A DNA stretch of 64,000 nucleotides from Bispira polyomma (lineage: Eukaryota): positions 6,882,001-6,946,000 of the forward strand of contig OZ287759.1 of the NCBI GenBank assembly GCA_965649765.1, read 5' to 3'. How positions within the stretch are numbered: position 1 is the stretch's first letter; the number at the start of each line of letters is the position of its first letter. The notes beneath the pieces were generated by a model. It worked only from the letters and a program-made list of their open reading frames with translations. It did not search any database and was not told where the DNA came from. Shown here piece after piece: positions 52,031-64,000 of this stretch. A program made the translations under genes and the position numbers.

Positions 52031-52860
52031 CTCTTGATTCTTCTTATCCATGATACTTTCAATGCTTGAATAAAATGATGTATGTTGACCATTTTTAGGC
52101 CGCCATCAATATAATTTTTGCATATTGTATTTCTTTTGATATTGTCCAGTTTTTTGTTCCATAGAAATTGAAAAAATATTTTGTTGATTTCCCCTACAAA
52201 ACTTTCTGGCGTTGGTAAAGAGGTAAAAAGATGAATAAATTTGGACAACAAAGTTGTTTTTATCACTGTTATTTTTCCTAATGGAGTGAGTTTTCGGCTT
52301 TGCCATTTTTGGATATTTTTTTAAATTGTTTCTGTAGCTTTTTCATAATTTTTTTCTGGCATAGTACTCAAATTTACTGAAAATTCTATTCCTAATAATG
52401 TAAATTCAGTTTTACCCCAATCCAGTGTTTCACAGATTATAAGTTTTTCTTTTGAATATCTTTTCCTACCTATCCATATTCATTTTTGTCTTTTCCTTAT
52501 TCATTTTCAGCCCTGAGAAGTTACCAAAAATCTCAATTGTATTTAACACTGATTGTAGAGAGTGCTGGCTTCCATCTAAGATTAAAGTGGTGTCATCCGC
52601 AAACTGTGTTAGTTTCAGTTTGGTAGAATTCAGATAAAATCCTACAATATTAGGGTTAATTTTGACTAACATAGAGAGAATTTCTGCCCCTATCAAAAAC
52701 AAATATGGAGAAAGTGGGTCCCCTTGTCTGCAACCCCTTTGGATTGCTATTTCTTGTGATAAAAAAGCACACTGTAAAACATAGGCTTTAATATCAGTGT
52801 TAAACATTTGTACCCATTTGATAAAATGGTATTTATTTATGAAACCAAAGTTATGAAAGA
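52030..52860 (-). mobile_element. L1/Tx1-clade LINE RT fragment
   Basis: RGCRQGDPLSPYLF, QFADDTTL, FSGLKMNKEKT, GGLKMVNI. Confidence 0.9.
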
Positions 52861-55800
52861 GTGCGTTATCGCGACTTACAAGAAATGACAAAACGCTTAC
52901 ATATATATCTAATATATATTCGCAAATCCATGCTTTTCCTTGTATATCTATCTCCCGACACATGTCCGTCGAAGCATAAAAAGATATAAGAAAAAATGTG
53001 GTAATTACTAGACCAAATTACTAACGTATTTAACAAACAAATAAAATTAAAAAAATAGATATATTATAAAATGATTCTCGTTCTAAGTACCAAACAATCT
53101 TTTTTCACTGTGTAATCAAGATTCTATCATAATAAAAATCAATCAAATAAATGCATTTGAGCTTTGACCTACTTCAAGGTCACATGACAGCGAATTATCA
53201 AGGAAAGCATTCATTGTAATAAATAGCATGGACATTGGAAATACAATCTATATCCATAATAAATACTTCAGCAGTACAATAATCCGTTAAAACAAGTGAA
53301 ATAACAGGTCTATCAATATTCACTTGTTGTGTACTTTAAGTTCACTGTTCGGCTCGAAGTGTGAGAACAATACTCAAACCACTGATATAAAAATGACTAC
53401 ACCTCCACATGATTTTAGGTATGCAACTTTTGATGAAATTGGTGAAAGTAGACCAACCGGCACTTTTATATTGACATTGCCATGTCAGATTTTTGGAATG
53501 TTTATCAGAGTGGGTTAATTTCAAAATGTGTTTCGGCTGCCGCGATAGGGAAACCCACCTTCTCAACAATATCTATTTTCATATTATCCAAACATATTCT
53601 ATTGTGTTTCCTCTACTTTTTCAAGGAGGAGCATTTATCTCATCAAAGAACACAAAGCTACTGCTTATATACTGCAGTTCCACATTGTTGAATTACATAT
53701 GTGTACCAACTAATTTAATTTACTGTATCAACTAACCTTTTATATCTTGCCCTTCTCGGAATCCAGATAATGAACAATCAGACTGTATAAGGATAGATAG
53801 TTTGACTGGGAAATGTTTTGTGTAATTTAATCTTATAGAAATGGATTTTATAAACCAACTTAAGTAAAAACAGCTGAAGTAAAACTACAAAGAAACTTCC
53901 AACCGGCAAAATATTTAAGGTAGAAAGATCCCCATCACATATGACCTTGTAGCAATTTCAATTTACCATGATGTAGAACCGTTTAGACATAGTGTTGGGC
54001 AAGTATCAGCATGCATAGATATAATGCCTACAGATATTCAATTAATAATCCACAGATGGATGCTGGCCTGTATCTGTGCCTCCACTTGATCCTGGTGTTA
54101 CTTGGAGTCTCGGCTGTGGAATGTGACACTAAAAATTCAGGTAATTTTACTTACACCTCTGCATCTTTTTGTATGAGCATTCAACAGAAATAAAATAGTT
54201 CTATTCTTAAACGTTTCAAATATTTGCCCGAATTTGAGCCCAGTTTTGACAAATATATATATCTAAAATCTAAATTACTTTTGGGTTTACTTTAGACTTA
54301 AATGAAATTTAATACAATAACGACAGGAATTGCAGCCAGAAAGAAAGTTGTATCCAAATGATGTGATATCCAGAGAAAAAATAAAGATATAGACAGAGCT
54401 ATTTTGATGATTTTGTTTGTTTCTATTGTATTCACATTCATACAAATCGCATTTATCTATTGTTAGCACTAATCAACTTTTCCATTACTTGCCAAGTATA
54501 GTCAACCAGAAACTGGGTTTGCTCTAACTGAACACACTAGCTTGAGGATGACACCATTCATCAATGTCCCTAAGATTCTCTTTAATGACAACTTTACATG
54601 TACTAATTAGAATCCCAAGTCCCAATCTGAATTTAAACAGGCACATTTGCCTGAAATGTGATTTATTAGTTCTTTAAAACCTGGTCTCATTCAGACTGAC
54701 ATCTTTAAACATACCTTGCATCAGTTTTGTGGCTTTGTCCACATATACACCACCAGATCACCCCCCCCCCCCCCGCCCACCATCCCCCCAAAATCACCTC
54801 AACCATACTGCAACCAAATAGAGGTATGTACAAAACGAAACTGCAAAAGTGACACTTACCAGCAAGAACACCCACTCAGGAAAAACAAAGACATAACAAA
54901 CAATAACAAATACCCGTTGATACCAACAAATAGTCACTAACTGTTACTAATTAATACAAATGTAAAAACAAACCGACATAATTTAATGCTTTCGTGATGG
55001 TGCGACTAATCCTTACAGATATCAACGAAGAGTTCCAAAGTGGGACTAATATTCACAGATATCAACAAAGAGTTCTGAAGTGCTACTAATATCTGAAGTT
55101 TGAAACGTACAGTCACCGAACAATACAAAGATGTTTGTGCTGTGTTCGTAACGTCCATTCGTTCATATGTGATCAAAGTATGTTTTGATAAAGTATTAAA
55201 ACTCATTTTACACAATTTTATTTCATTCAATACCTGCAGTATATATTGTCTTTACACTTAAGGTTATTGTATCACCGGTGTGATGGCGGAATGTACTGTG
55301 GTCAATGAAGGCATGAATTAATTAGTATATATTTACAGGAGAGTATGATGATATAATTCTGGATGGAGGGGTGGCTGGTGTCATGGTATCACGTACTTAG
55401 GTCGTACTTAGGACACACGGTGGAGTTAGGCCCTCAGTGGGTGCACTTTGTGAAGGAACATACATCAAACCCACTGTAAGTGTGAAACACTGTCATATGA
55501 TGCAGGAAAACACAGCAACGCCCAAGTTATATGTATTTACCAATCAAGAATGTAACATTATGGTTATTAAACAATCTAAGAAAATATCTATATATATACT
55601 ATTTACAGCTTAAGGGGAGTTAAGGCTCAACATTAAAGTAGAATGTGTTTACATTTTATATATTGTTTCACATACAAGACACACCATAACATAAAACAAC
55701 ATTTCAGCCCATATGTCATGCGGGATACATTACACAGCAAAAAAATGGTGTTAAACATTGTGATAATACATACAATTGGTCAGAGAACATGGGATTCAAA

Positions 55801-55873
55801 CCTCAAACTCAACTCCCAGTACCACAGCCTGAAAGTTACCACAGATAAATACCCTATACCATGATTTATATGG

Positions 55874-56583
55874 AGTGTCACATATTTCAAACAATTCAAC
55901 TTGCCAACTGTTTTAGCTTCCATGCAGCCATGAGGTACAACGTGTCAGGAGTCTAATCAGATTATCTTGACCTAATCTTCTATGATGAAGAAGGGAATAA
56001 TGTCACAGAAGAGGGGATGACAGAGTTTGGGGTGCTGGGCAAGGCTTATGATAAGACGGTTAGAGAATCCCAAACTTCTACATGCATGTATTTGTATCTA
56101 AATGTGATATCCCATGACTATGAAAGTTACCACAGATAAATACCCTGTACCATGATTTATATGGAGTCTTTATACCTGGTTTGAAATGTTAAAATTATTA
56201 TTGTGTTCTTTTTAATGTGCTTTATTCATGCTAGGCATCTCCCAAAACGCAACAGCAGCATCAGGGATCCCATTAAGTCTATGGGCACAGTAAAGTCGTA
56301 AGGATGTGCACCCATGAAAGTCCAGTTGCAAGAAAGTGTCACATATTTCAAACAATTCAACTTGCCAACTGTTTTAGCTTCCATGCAGCCATGAGGTACA
56401 ACGTGTCCGGAGTCTACTCAGATTATCTTGACCTAATCTTCTACGATGAAGAAGGGAATAATGTCACAGAAGAGGGGATGACAGAGTTTGGGGTGCTGGG
56501 CAAGGCTTATGATAAGACGGTTAGAGAATCCCAAACTTCTACATGCATGTATTTGTATCTAAATGTGATATCCCATGACTATG
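55874..56583 (+). repeat. 249 bp local duplication containing oxidase exon 3 (55874-56122 and 56335-56583)
   Basis: Near-identical copies. The upstream one has TAC>TAA at 55954 and is bracketed by a ~47 bp repeat (55830-55876, 56121-56167). Confidence 0.95.
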
Positions 56584-56984
56584 TAGTTAGGGATTTAGTC
56601 TGATGATCTAAATGTCCCTGGTTTGACTTCAGGTTGGGAGAGTTTGCTTAGTGATGATACAGGCCTTGGTTCAACCAAAGCTAATGCATTGGTGGGTTAA
56701 CATCCTTGGGCAAGATGTGAACATACCATTACCTCAAGATAATGATCCAGGCTATGTTGTAAGACTATCTCTTCCAGATAATGTTCAATTATTAACACAT
56801 CATCCACTTGTCTACAGAGGCAGACCAACCATTAGGCTATTGTTATCTTTATAGTTTAAATATGGAGAGAATCTTGTGGCTGCCTGTCAGATTAGGATAC
56901 CATTCATTAACATATGACCACCATCTATCGCCATGTATATCATCTTGTTAAATCAACTGTACCTCCTGTCCCAAAATATGCAGG

Positions 56985-57155
56985 TTCATTGTGGTCTAGA
57001 GGTTAAAAGTGCTTGCTAATAATCACTGGTAGCTCCTGTCTGTGAGAAAGTTTGTCAGTGGTTGATGGTACTGTACGACTGTTTTTTATTCACTGGTAAA
57101 TCTAACCGCCGAAACATGACCTAAGCTGTTGAAGACAACGTCAAAGCCAAATAAA
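56985..57155 (+). mobile_element. Meta-type SINE, intronic
   Basis: gtggtctagagg head, tgtgagaaagtttgtcag core, gacctaagctgttgaagac tail. Confidence 0.6.
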
Positions 57156-60100
57156 TGCAAATTCAAAAATGATACTTGCATATGCAAAAATGGCTTTACA
57201 TCAGTGGTTTTACATTAGTGAATGTTCCACAGCATATAAATTTGACTTTAACAGGAAATATTTTTGTGCAGGAGATTGAGTTCTATCATCAGAAACCCAG
57301 ACAATAACATGACTCGACACAGATACTTTTGAATTGACTGCAACTTATATATGTGAGGCTTTAGTGCTCTGACTGAAGAGACTTGCAATATTTTATGAGC
57401 GTTCCATCATCCCAATAAAACATTTTTCTAACATTGTAGTATATTTGAGGCCAAGGAAGTATCTGTACATGTTCTATTTGCAGTATGAATATGGGAAAAA
57501 ACTGCAGTCTGACATGTACTGTGGTGACATCTCTCTGAAGGGATCCCTCCGCTGGTTCGGCTTCAACTCCAGGACACCAGTCCAGATGGCCTGCGAGTAT
57601 TACTACACGGAAGAAACTACGGCAGAGCAAGCCAACATCATCAGTAACCGCTTCTTCTTTGCAACTGATGAAACAGAGGGGATAGAGATTACATGATAAC
57701 TGATCCAAGGGGCTTCTCCAAAGTGCACAGAGTATCTTAGAAAATGAAGTGCCAGGTAATATATCCATTAAGTTTGTGTCTTTGTATATGTAGTTCATCT
57801 CATATATTAAACTAGGTGTTCAAACTCGTGTTTTTTTTGCAGCATAGCTTGCTTGTTGTTGTTACAGTTGTTTCATCATTTCATACATGTATGTATGTAT
57901 GTATGTATGTATATTATGTGTGCACAAACTTTTTACTTTGTCCATTTACAATTTATTTCTTATTTATACTCATTTTATCTGTGAACTTGATTCACTGGTT
58001 AACAGACTGGCAGGCAAGGGTTCGCATGGGGACGGTTGTGACAGCCATTAATTACACTGATAACCACGTGGTTGTGACAACGGACCAGGGCAGCTTCACA
58101 GGTGAGTCCATGTTAAGCATAATTTAAGATTTTTTTTTTTTTCAATTTGTATAGCTGTAAATTGAAACCTAACTGTCATTATAGTAATTTATGAGTAAAA
58201 TATTTATGAGTAAAATATCTTTTGCTAACTTCCCAGTTCAACCCTGAAAACTTCTAATTGACTGACTGAACAATTCACACTCTGAAAACAATGATCAAAG
58301 AAATTTGTAAATTGCCTTGCGAATTATATAGTCCGCCTGTTATCTTGTGTTCAAGGTAATGTTTTTCTTGAATTAATTTGACAAATAATACTAACACCAT
58401 TCAATGCACATTTCTTTATAATTTGATAGCATATGCACACAGCTAGATACAGTTTCTAGTTCTGTTTATCCTGTGCACTATATAAAATATGGCATGAGTT
58501 TGTTTGCATTACAATGTAGTATTGCAATTGTGTTTTAAGGAAAGAAAGCCATTGTCACTTTCAGCCTGGGTATACTTCAGAATGCTGGGGTTCAGTTCTA
58601 CCCAGCCTTACCTGAGTGGAAGCTGGAAACTATACACGGGGTAAACACTTTCATACCATATATAGACTTCCACCAATACGTCAGGGGCCACAGTGGCCCA
58701 GTGATTGGAAGCTAAGACTTCATACTTATTGGCTTCTCACCAGTGTTAGTTCAAATCCTGTTTGTACCTTTATTTGGAAAAGTTAGTCATATTAAAAATT
58801 AATGAGAAAACAATTTTTCCATATTACTACAGTGATTGAATCTTACTTAATGTAAGGTGTGTGATCTTGTGTTAGGTACTTGCCATATGTTGATTGTTTA
58901 CCTTGTCGTATTTTGTAGTTCCTGTCCTCGCCATATTAACTAAGGTGTTTATGAAAACTCAAACAAGATATTTTTATATCGAAGGGTATATATCTTACTA
59001 TCCATACTACTACACAAGCGACTGGCATCTTTACTGACCCACACAAATTCTGTTATGTATTTGATTAGTTCATGATGGCCGACTACATCCACATATATGT
59101 GAGGTTTAGTCCAAACATCCTTTGGTTTGTTCCACATGACAGAGAGTGGATTATCTAGGGTGGGTTACTTCACTGTGTGGCAAAATATGAACAAGGCATT
59201 ACCTGGCAGTCACACATTACAGGCAGCTGTGAGTGGAAACGAGGCTAGGAGACTGCAGACTGCTACATGTGAGTGATAACATGAGATTTAAAGTAAATGC
59301 AAATATTCATTTCAGCATCAGGTCACATAGCCTTCAATGTGTTAATAAATGGTGTTCATGAAGCCTGTGTCTTCATTGGTAGTCACTGGTGTTTGTTGGA
59401 TGTACTTCTGTAGTAATGATAATCAAAGTGTATGACTCTGATTACAAAGACATTTTGTCCAAACTCTGCTTTTTCTAACAATATATACACAAACAATATC
59501 AAAACATGGTCACAGCCCAGTACAACCCAGTATATTAGTTTATGTCATTACCCTCTATGCTTAAGCTTTATTATCTGAAAATGTGTTGTTTATTAAAATC
59601 AACTGAACGAATAAAGCTTGATGTAGCATATTATAATTTGTGAATTGAATCTCAGTGAGTGAGTATAATAAGCTTGGACACAAAATTGATTCACAAAAAT
59701 TCTGCCATTTAATGTTTGTTTAAATATATTATTTCAAACCTTTGCTAGTGCATTGTATTGGATTTTGGATTTTAAATGTGCCTTATTAATGCAAGGCATC
59801 TCCTAAAAGAAATGGTAAACCAATGGAAAAGTTCAAGAACATATTCAATGTTGTAAGGAAGGATGTAGGAGTGTACAGGAAGGGAAACTATGGGGGTTCC
59901 CTATTATGGTGGCTGAATTTTTTTGTTTTATTTAGGTTAATTTATTTAGACACATTACATATACATATATACTATGTTGTCTATCGTAAGTGTATGTTAT
60001 ACATATCATCCAATTTATTACACTAATATGTTACAAGTAGCCTTCAAAATATATATTTACACCTGAAAATGACTTTTGAAATAGATTTGATCATATAAAT

Positions 60101-60889
60101 GACATTTTCTCATATGTTACATATCATGTGATATATTTCTTGTAGTAAATGACACCAAAGAAATAATTACATTATTACAGAAAATATGTACATGTATAAG
60201 TGGTTGGTAATAGTAAGTAAATATGTCTACTCTTATTTTGGTCAGCATTTTTATCTCACCAATCATTTGAGCATATTCATCTTTTGGAAAAAATTTTTTC
60301 TTAGTTTGCTAAATTTGAGTGTATAAATATTGCTTAAATCTATGTTCAACTGAATCAGCCATTTAATACATGTACAAATCTTAAATGAATTGATAGCAGG
60401 CAAGCAGTCTTTATTTATAGACAACAGTAAGTGATAATTACAATTAATGTCTAACTTCAAATTGAATGGGTGATTATTTTGAACCTTCTTAATCCGGCTC
60501 AATGAATTTCTTAAACTGAGAGGCCACATCTCAACTTACATGTAATTGTATTTTAAGTTAAGAAGCCACAAGTACTAATATATCTATTTTTTAAATAATA
60601 GTTTATTCCCCCTATTCAATCATTTGTACCTGGTACGGTGACATCACAGAAACAATTATGATTAAAAAAACATAGTTAACATACATGTATATTAAATTGT
60701 ATATATATAAGCCTGACATAATATATCCACTTAAATTTTACCAATATAGCAAATTATAGTTCATAGTACATATGCGTGTGTAACTGTAAATATATACATA
60801 TATACAGATACGTATATAATTGGTCAAATGTTTGTTTTTTAGAGAATTTTAAAAGTTTACACATGCTATGTTGTAAGGATATTACATAT

Positions 60890-61425
60890 TTTGTATACAT
60901 TTAACAACACAATATGGTGGCTGAATGAAGCAGCAAGGTCCTATGCTGTTGAGAAACAGCGACTTTGAGTGTGGTGACAAAATTTGACAGGTAATGGGAA
61001 GCCAATGTCGATTTTTGAGATATCGAGTGACATTGGTATGAATACGCCAGATGAAAGCTTACTAGAGTCTGATAGTTTTGAATAGACTGCGACCTGCATG
61101 TGTGAGATCTTTATGCTCCAACCAAATAGAATAGCAGCAGTTTAAATGGCTGCTAAAACGGAGGTTAGCGATAGTGATGGCTGTATCTAATGACAAATGA
61201 TTTTTGATTCTTTTGATGTGACAAAAATTGCTTATGTGTCTATGAATTGAGAAAACCGAGCCAAAGGTGAGGAGAGGCATTGAAGAAGTAGACTGAGATT
61301 ATTGTGGGCATTATGACGGAGCACATTACAATTATAAGGATTATCGTATTACAAGCAAAGCTAATTTTATGTTCATTAAGGTTGTCATGGATTTGTTTTG
61401 CAACAGCTTTCTCAATGAGTTTCAA
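60890..61425 (-). mobile_element. L2-type LINE fragment, intronic
   Basis: LKLIEKAVAKQI; RIKNHLSLDTAITIAN..SSHLNCCYS. Confidence 0.65.
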
Positions 61426-63680
61426 CACAAAGCTGAGGCTAGAGAATAGTCCAAATATTTTAATGGATTTTTATCAAGCAGTATTTTTGTGGTTACAGAT
61501 GAGGAGGTGAAAGAGGAAGTAATGGCTGTGCTGAAGAACATGTTTGGTGAAGATGTCCCAGATTGCGAAGAAATACTCGTCCCGAGGATGTACACAGACC
61601 CATTGTTCCGGGGAAGCTATTCTCATTGGCCAGTTGGGTATGTCAGTCACTCATTGCTAGCCTTAAATAATAATCAACCATGACATAATGGTGTAATTGA
61701 TGTTGAGATATAATAGTGTGTGTATTGATGGTTTGCAAGGCCGAGAACCTTGACCAACTACCATCTCCGATTTCCACCACCAATGAACTGCCCATTCTGA
61801 TATGACACAATATATGTTGAAAGCAACTCAAATTAACTCCAAATAAATAAATAAATTGATACATCATGCATAACGAACTGATGCATCATGCATATAACTG
61901 TTTATCTCTTTTAATAAATACACCAGGACACAGCATCAAGCTCTTCAAGAACCTGTTGGTCCAGTCCACTTTGCTGGAGAGTGTTACTCTTTCACCCACT
62001 ATGGCTATACCATTGGTGCCATGTTGTCAGGTGAAAAAACAGCCATGGTATTGCAGCATGTTTGAAATATCACAAAGCCTGTGCCAAGCCTTACGTCCCT
62101 CCTTACGCAGCCAAGGGGTGTACCTACAGGTTCTTCATCAATTATGACCCAGAAGCTCAGATAGATGACGGATCCTGTATGATGGTGGTTAACCCTCCAA
62201 CATCAGGCAGTGTCAATGTCCTTGCCAAAGGCATCATGACACTTCTTGCACTGATTCTTTTGAGTTTCTAAAGAAGGCAATGGGTTTACGAGATAATACA
62301 ATTGAACCACATATGTACCGTTTTTATCTATTTTACTTGTAATAAAGTGTAAATCTTTAGAAGTAAACTTATTTCAAGCCATTTCTGTACATGTATAAAT
62401 TTATACAGCAGTAAGTTTTTAATAACTGTATTTTAACAATAAAAAAACTTGGTGTTTGGTTTTCTCTTTTGTAGTAATTATTTTTTATTGCATTAACATG
62501 TATCTTCACTTCACTTCTTTTGTATCTATTGCTGTATATATACCTGTGGTTGCATCTTATTTTATGTGATTTTTTATATTAAAAAAAGAACATCTTTTTA
62601 AAAGTTTAGTGCTATTTTATACAGCAAAGTCTAACCTATCACCAACTAGTTTTTCATACTTTCCATTTGCTGCCACCATGTTGATTAGGTCGACAAGACC
62701 ATAACCCATGACTCAAAACTATCCCACACAACCAGGGGTTTATCAACATACTAACCAGAACTGACATTAATACTCTGGGGTTCCTCTACCACCAACTAGC
62801 TCGGACAACTCTGGCCAGCTAACCACCAACCAACCCATTCACCCTGCCCCATTTCAAGTGGTCCTACCCAGCTACCGACCAATAGCTGCTCCTGGAATAT
62901 TCTAAACCGGAGAGTCCAACCTCAAGGTTTCTCAATCTATTAGTGTAAACCGATCACAATGTAGAGTCAGGGTCGTGAATAAGTTGAATATTGCAGCCTA
63001 CGTTCAAGGATTCCCTTGTTAGGACAAGTATTCTACCTTACAACTCATTTGCAGGGGGGGGGGGGGGGGTTGTACAGTCACAGTTTTTAAAAAAAACATG
63101 CTTTACGGACGGACACTCTGTCAACCAACTGCAGGTTTATTAACCAAGGTCAAGACTATTGGCTTTCAAAGTCTTGATCAAAATCACCATCTACTTTGAA
63201 ACCTTTTGGATTTACTGGCAACTCAGGTCAGGGGCTATTAGAAGTTGTTTTGATAGAGTGGAAAACACAATAATGGAAACACAATAATTCACATTTTAAG
63301 CAAGTATATATTAATAACGAATGTAAATATTAAAATGGACAGAATACATGTGGGGAGCAATATTAAAGAGAAAAGCTATACATATGTGTACATAATAGCA
63401 AACACTAATCATTAACTGACTTAATATTATAGCAAGGAGATTTTAAACAGTTCAGGTTTATATTTTTGGAATTAGAATATAAAGCATTATATAGCAGTCA
63501 ATACCCACATATGACATTGAAAAGAAGAAATAGACACTGTAAACATACATTAACCAAGAAAACAAATAACATTAATGAATTCAAATATACAATGCACTAA
63601 TGCAAGTGGCAGAATAGAATACTTATTTCTGAACAACAAATATTTGTAAAGTTAAAGAAAGCAATAACATTTACATATTA

Positions 63681-64000
63681 TGCGGGGTAGACCCGTAGCG
63701 GATAGCTAGTTCAGTGCAACTACTATTTTGTTAAACATATCAAACTAAATTTCTAATTCATCGTTTGTTTTCAATTTTTCAGTTTTTCGTTTGGGCCGAG
63801 GTACTTTGGGCCGAGGTAGCTTTACAAAATGAAATCACCCGCGCATTCCGTCACATTAAGATAGACCCGGCTGATTATATTCTACTAGACCTAAAACTGT
63901 ATAAATACTACGTAGACTCATCTGTGCCATCTTTCAGCGACTAAGTGACGCCGTCAGATACATCATGAAAAAGCGGGGTTATTACGTCACAGTGCAATGA
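63681..64000 (+). mobile_element. Further decayed copy of the YR retrotransposon family, running off the window
   Basis: 5' terminus tgcggggtagaccc..ttcagtgc..tattttgttaaac as at 9721; RT remnant IDPADYILL..AIFQRLSDAVRYIMKK. Confidence 0.85.

Larger units (their letters stand above)
54056..62271 (+). pseudogene. Secreted, GPI-anchored flavin-dependent polyamine-oxidase-like gene, pseudogenised
   Basis: Exons 54056-54140 (signal peptide), 55339-55474, 56378-56519, 57484-57755, 58006-58101, 58540-58640, 59069-59268, 61499-61637, 61927-62271 with GT-AG ends. Motifs VELGPQWVH, DPRGF, AIVTFSLGILQ..FYPALPEWK, DPLFRGSYSHWP, VHFAGE..GAMLSG. Stops or frameshifts in exons 2, 4, 7 and 9. Confidence 0.88.

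Overview
AT-rich, intron-containing animal DNA. The Meta- and Deu/Nin-type tRNA SINEs and the Academ, Penelope and tyrosine-recombinase (YR) retroelements suggest a marine invertebrate; this is an inference. Two host genes are visible: a minus-strand gene built from phase-1 exons that each encode one furin/VSP-like Cys-rich repeat (about 16.3-33 kb, perhaps extending further 5'), and a plus-strand pseudogenised secreted, GPI-anchored polyamine-oxidase-like gene (54.1-62.3 kb). The main signal is a Ngaro-like gag/RT-RNaseH/YR retrotransposon family. A near-intact copy (26163-31539, +) is nested antiparallel inside an older relative (23209-32600, -), and other copies or derivatives start at 9721, 13105, about 5765 (-) and 63681. 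In the two copies whose ends can be defined I see neither DIRS-type terminal inverted repeats nor PAT/Ngaro split direct repeats. They instead share a short 5' terminus, an internal TATA/CCCGCC promoter-like block, a 3' array of palindromic motifs inside an 18-20 bp inverted repeat, and a TAATAAATATT end. The near-intact copy also has an A_AAA_AAC plus hairpin -1 frameshift signal joining gag to pol, and splice sites that would fuse N-terminal Gag in frame to the recombinase. Short ORF-less derivatives carry a long GC-rich hairpin instead of genes. All alignments were made by eye.
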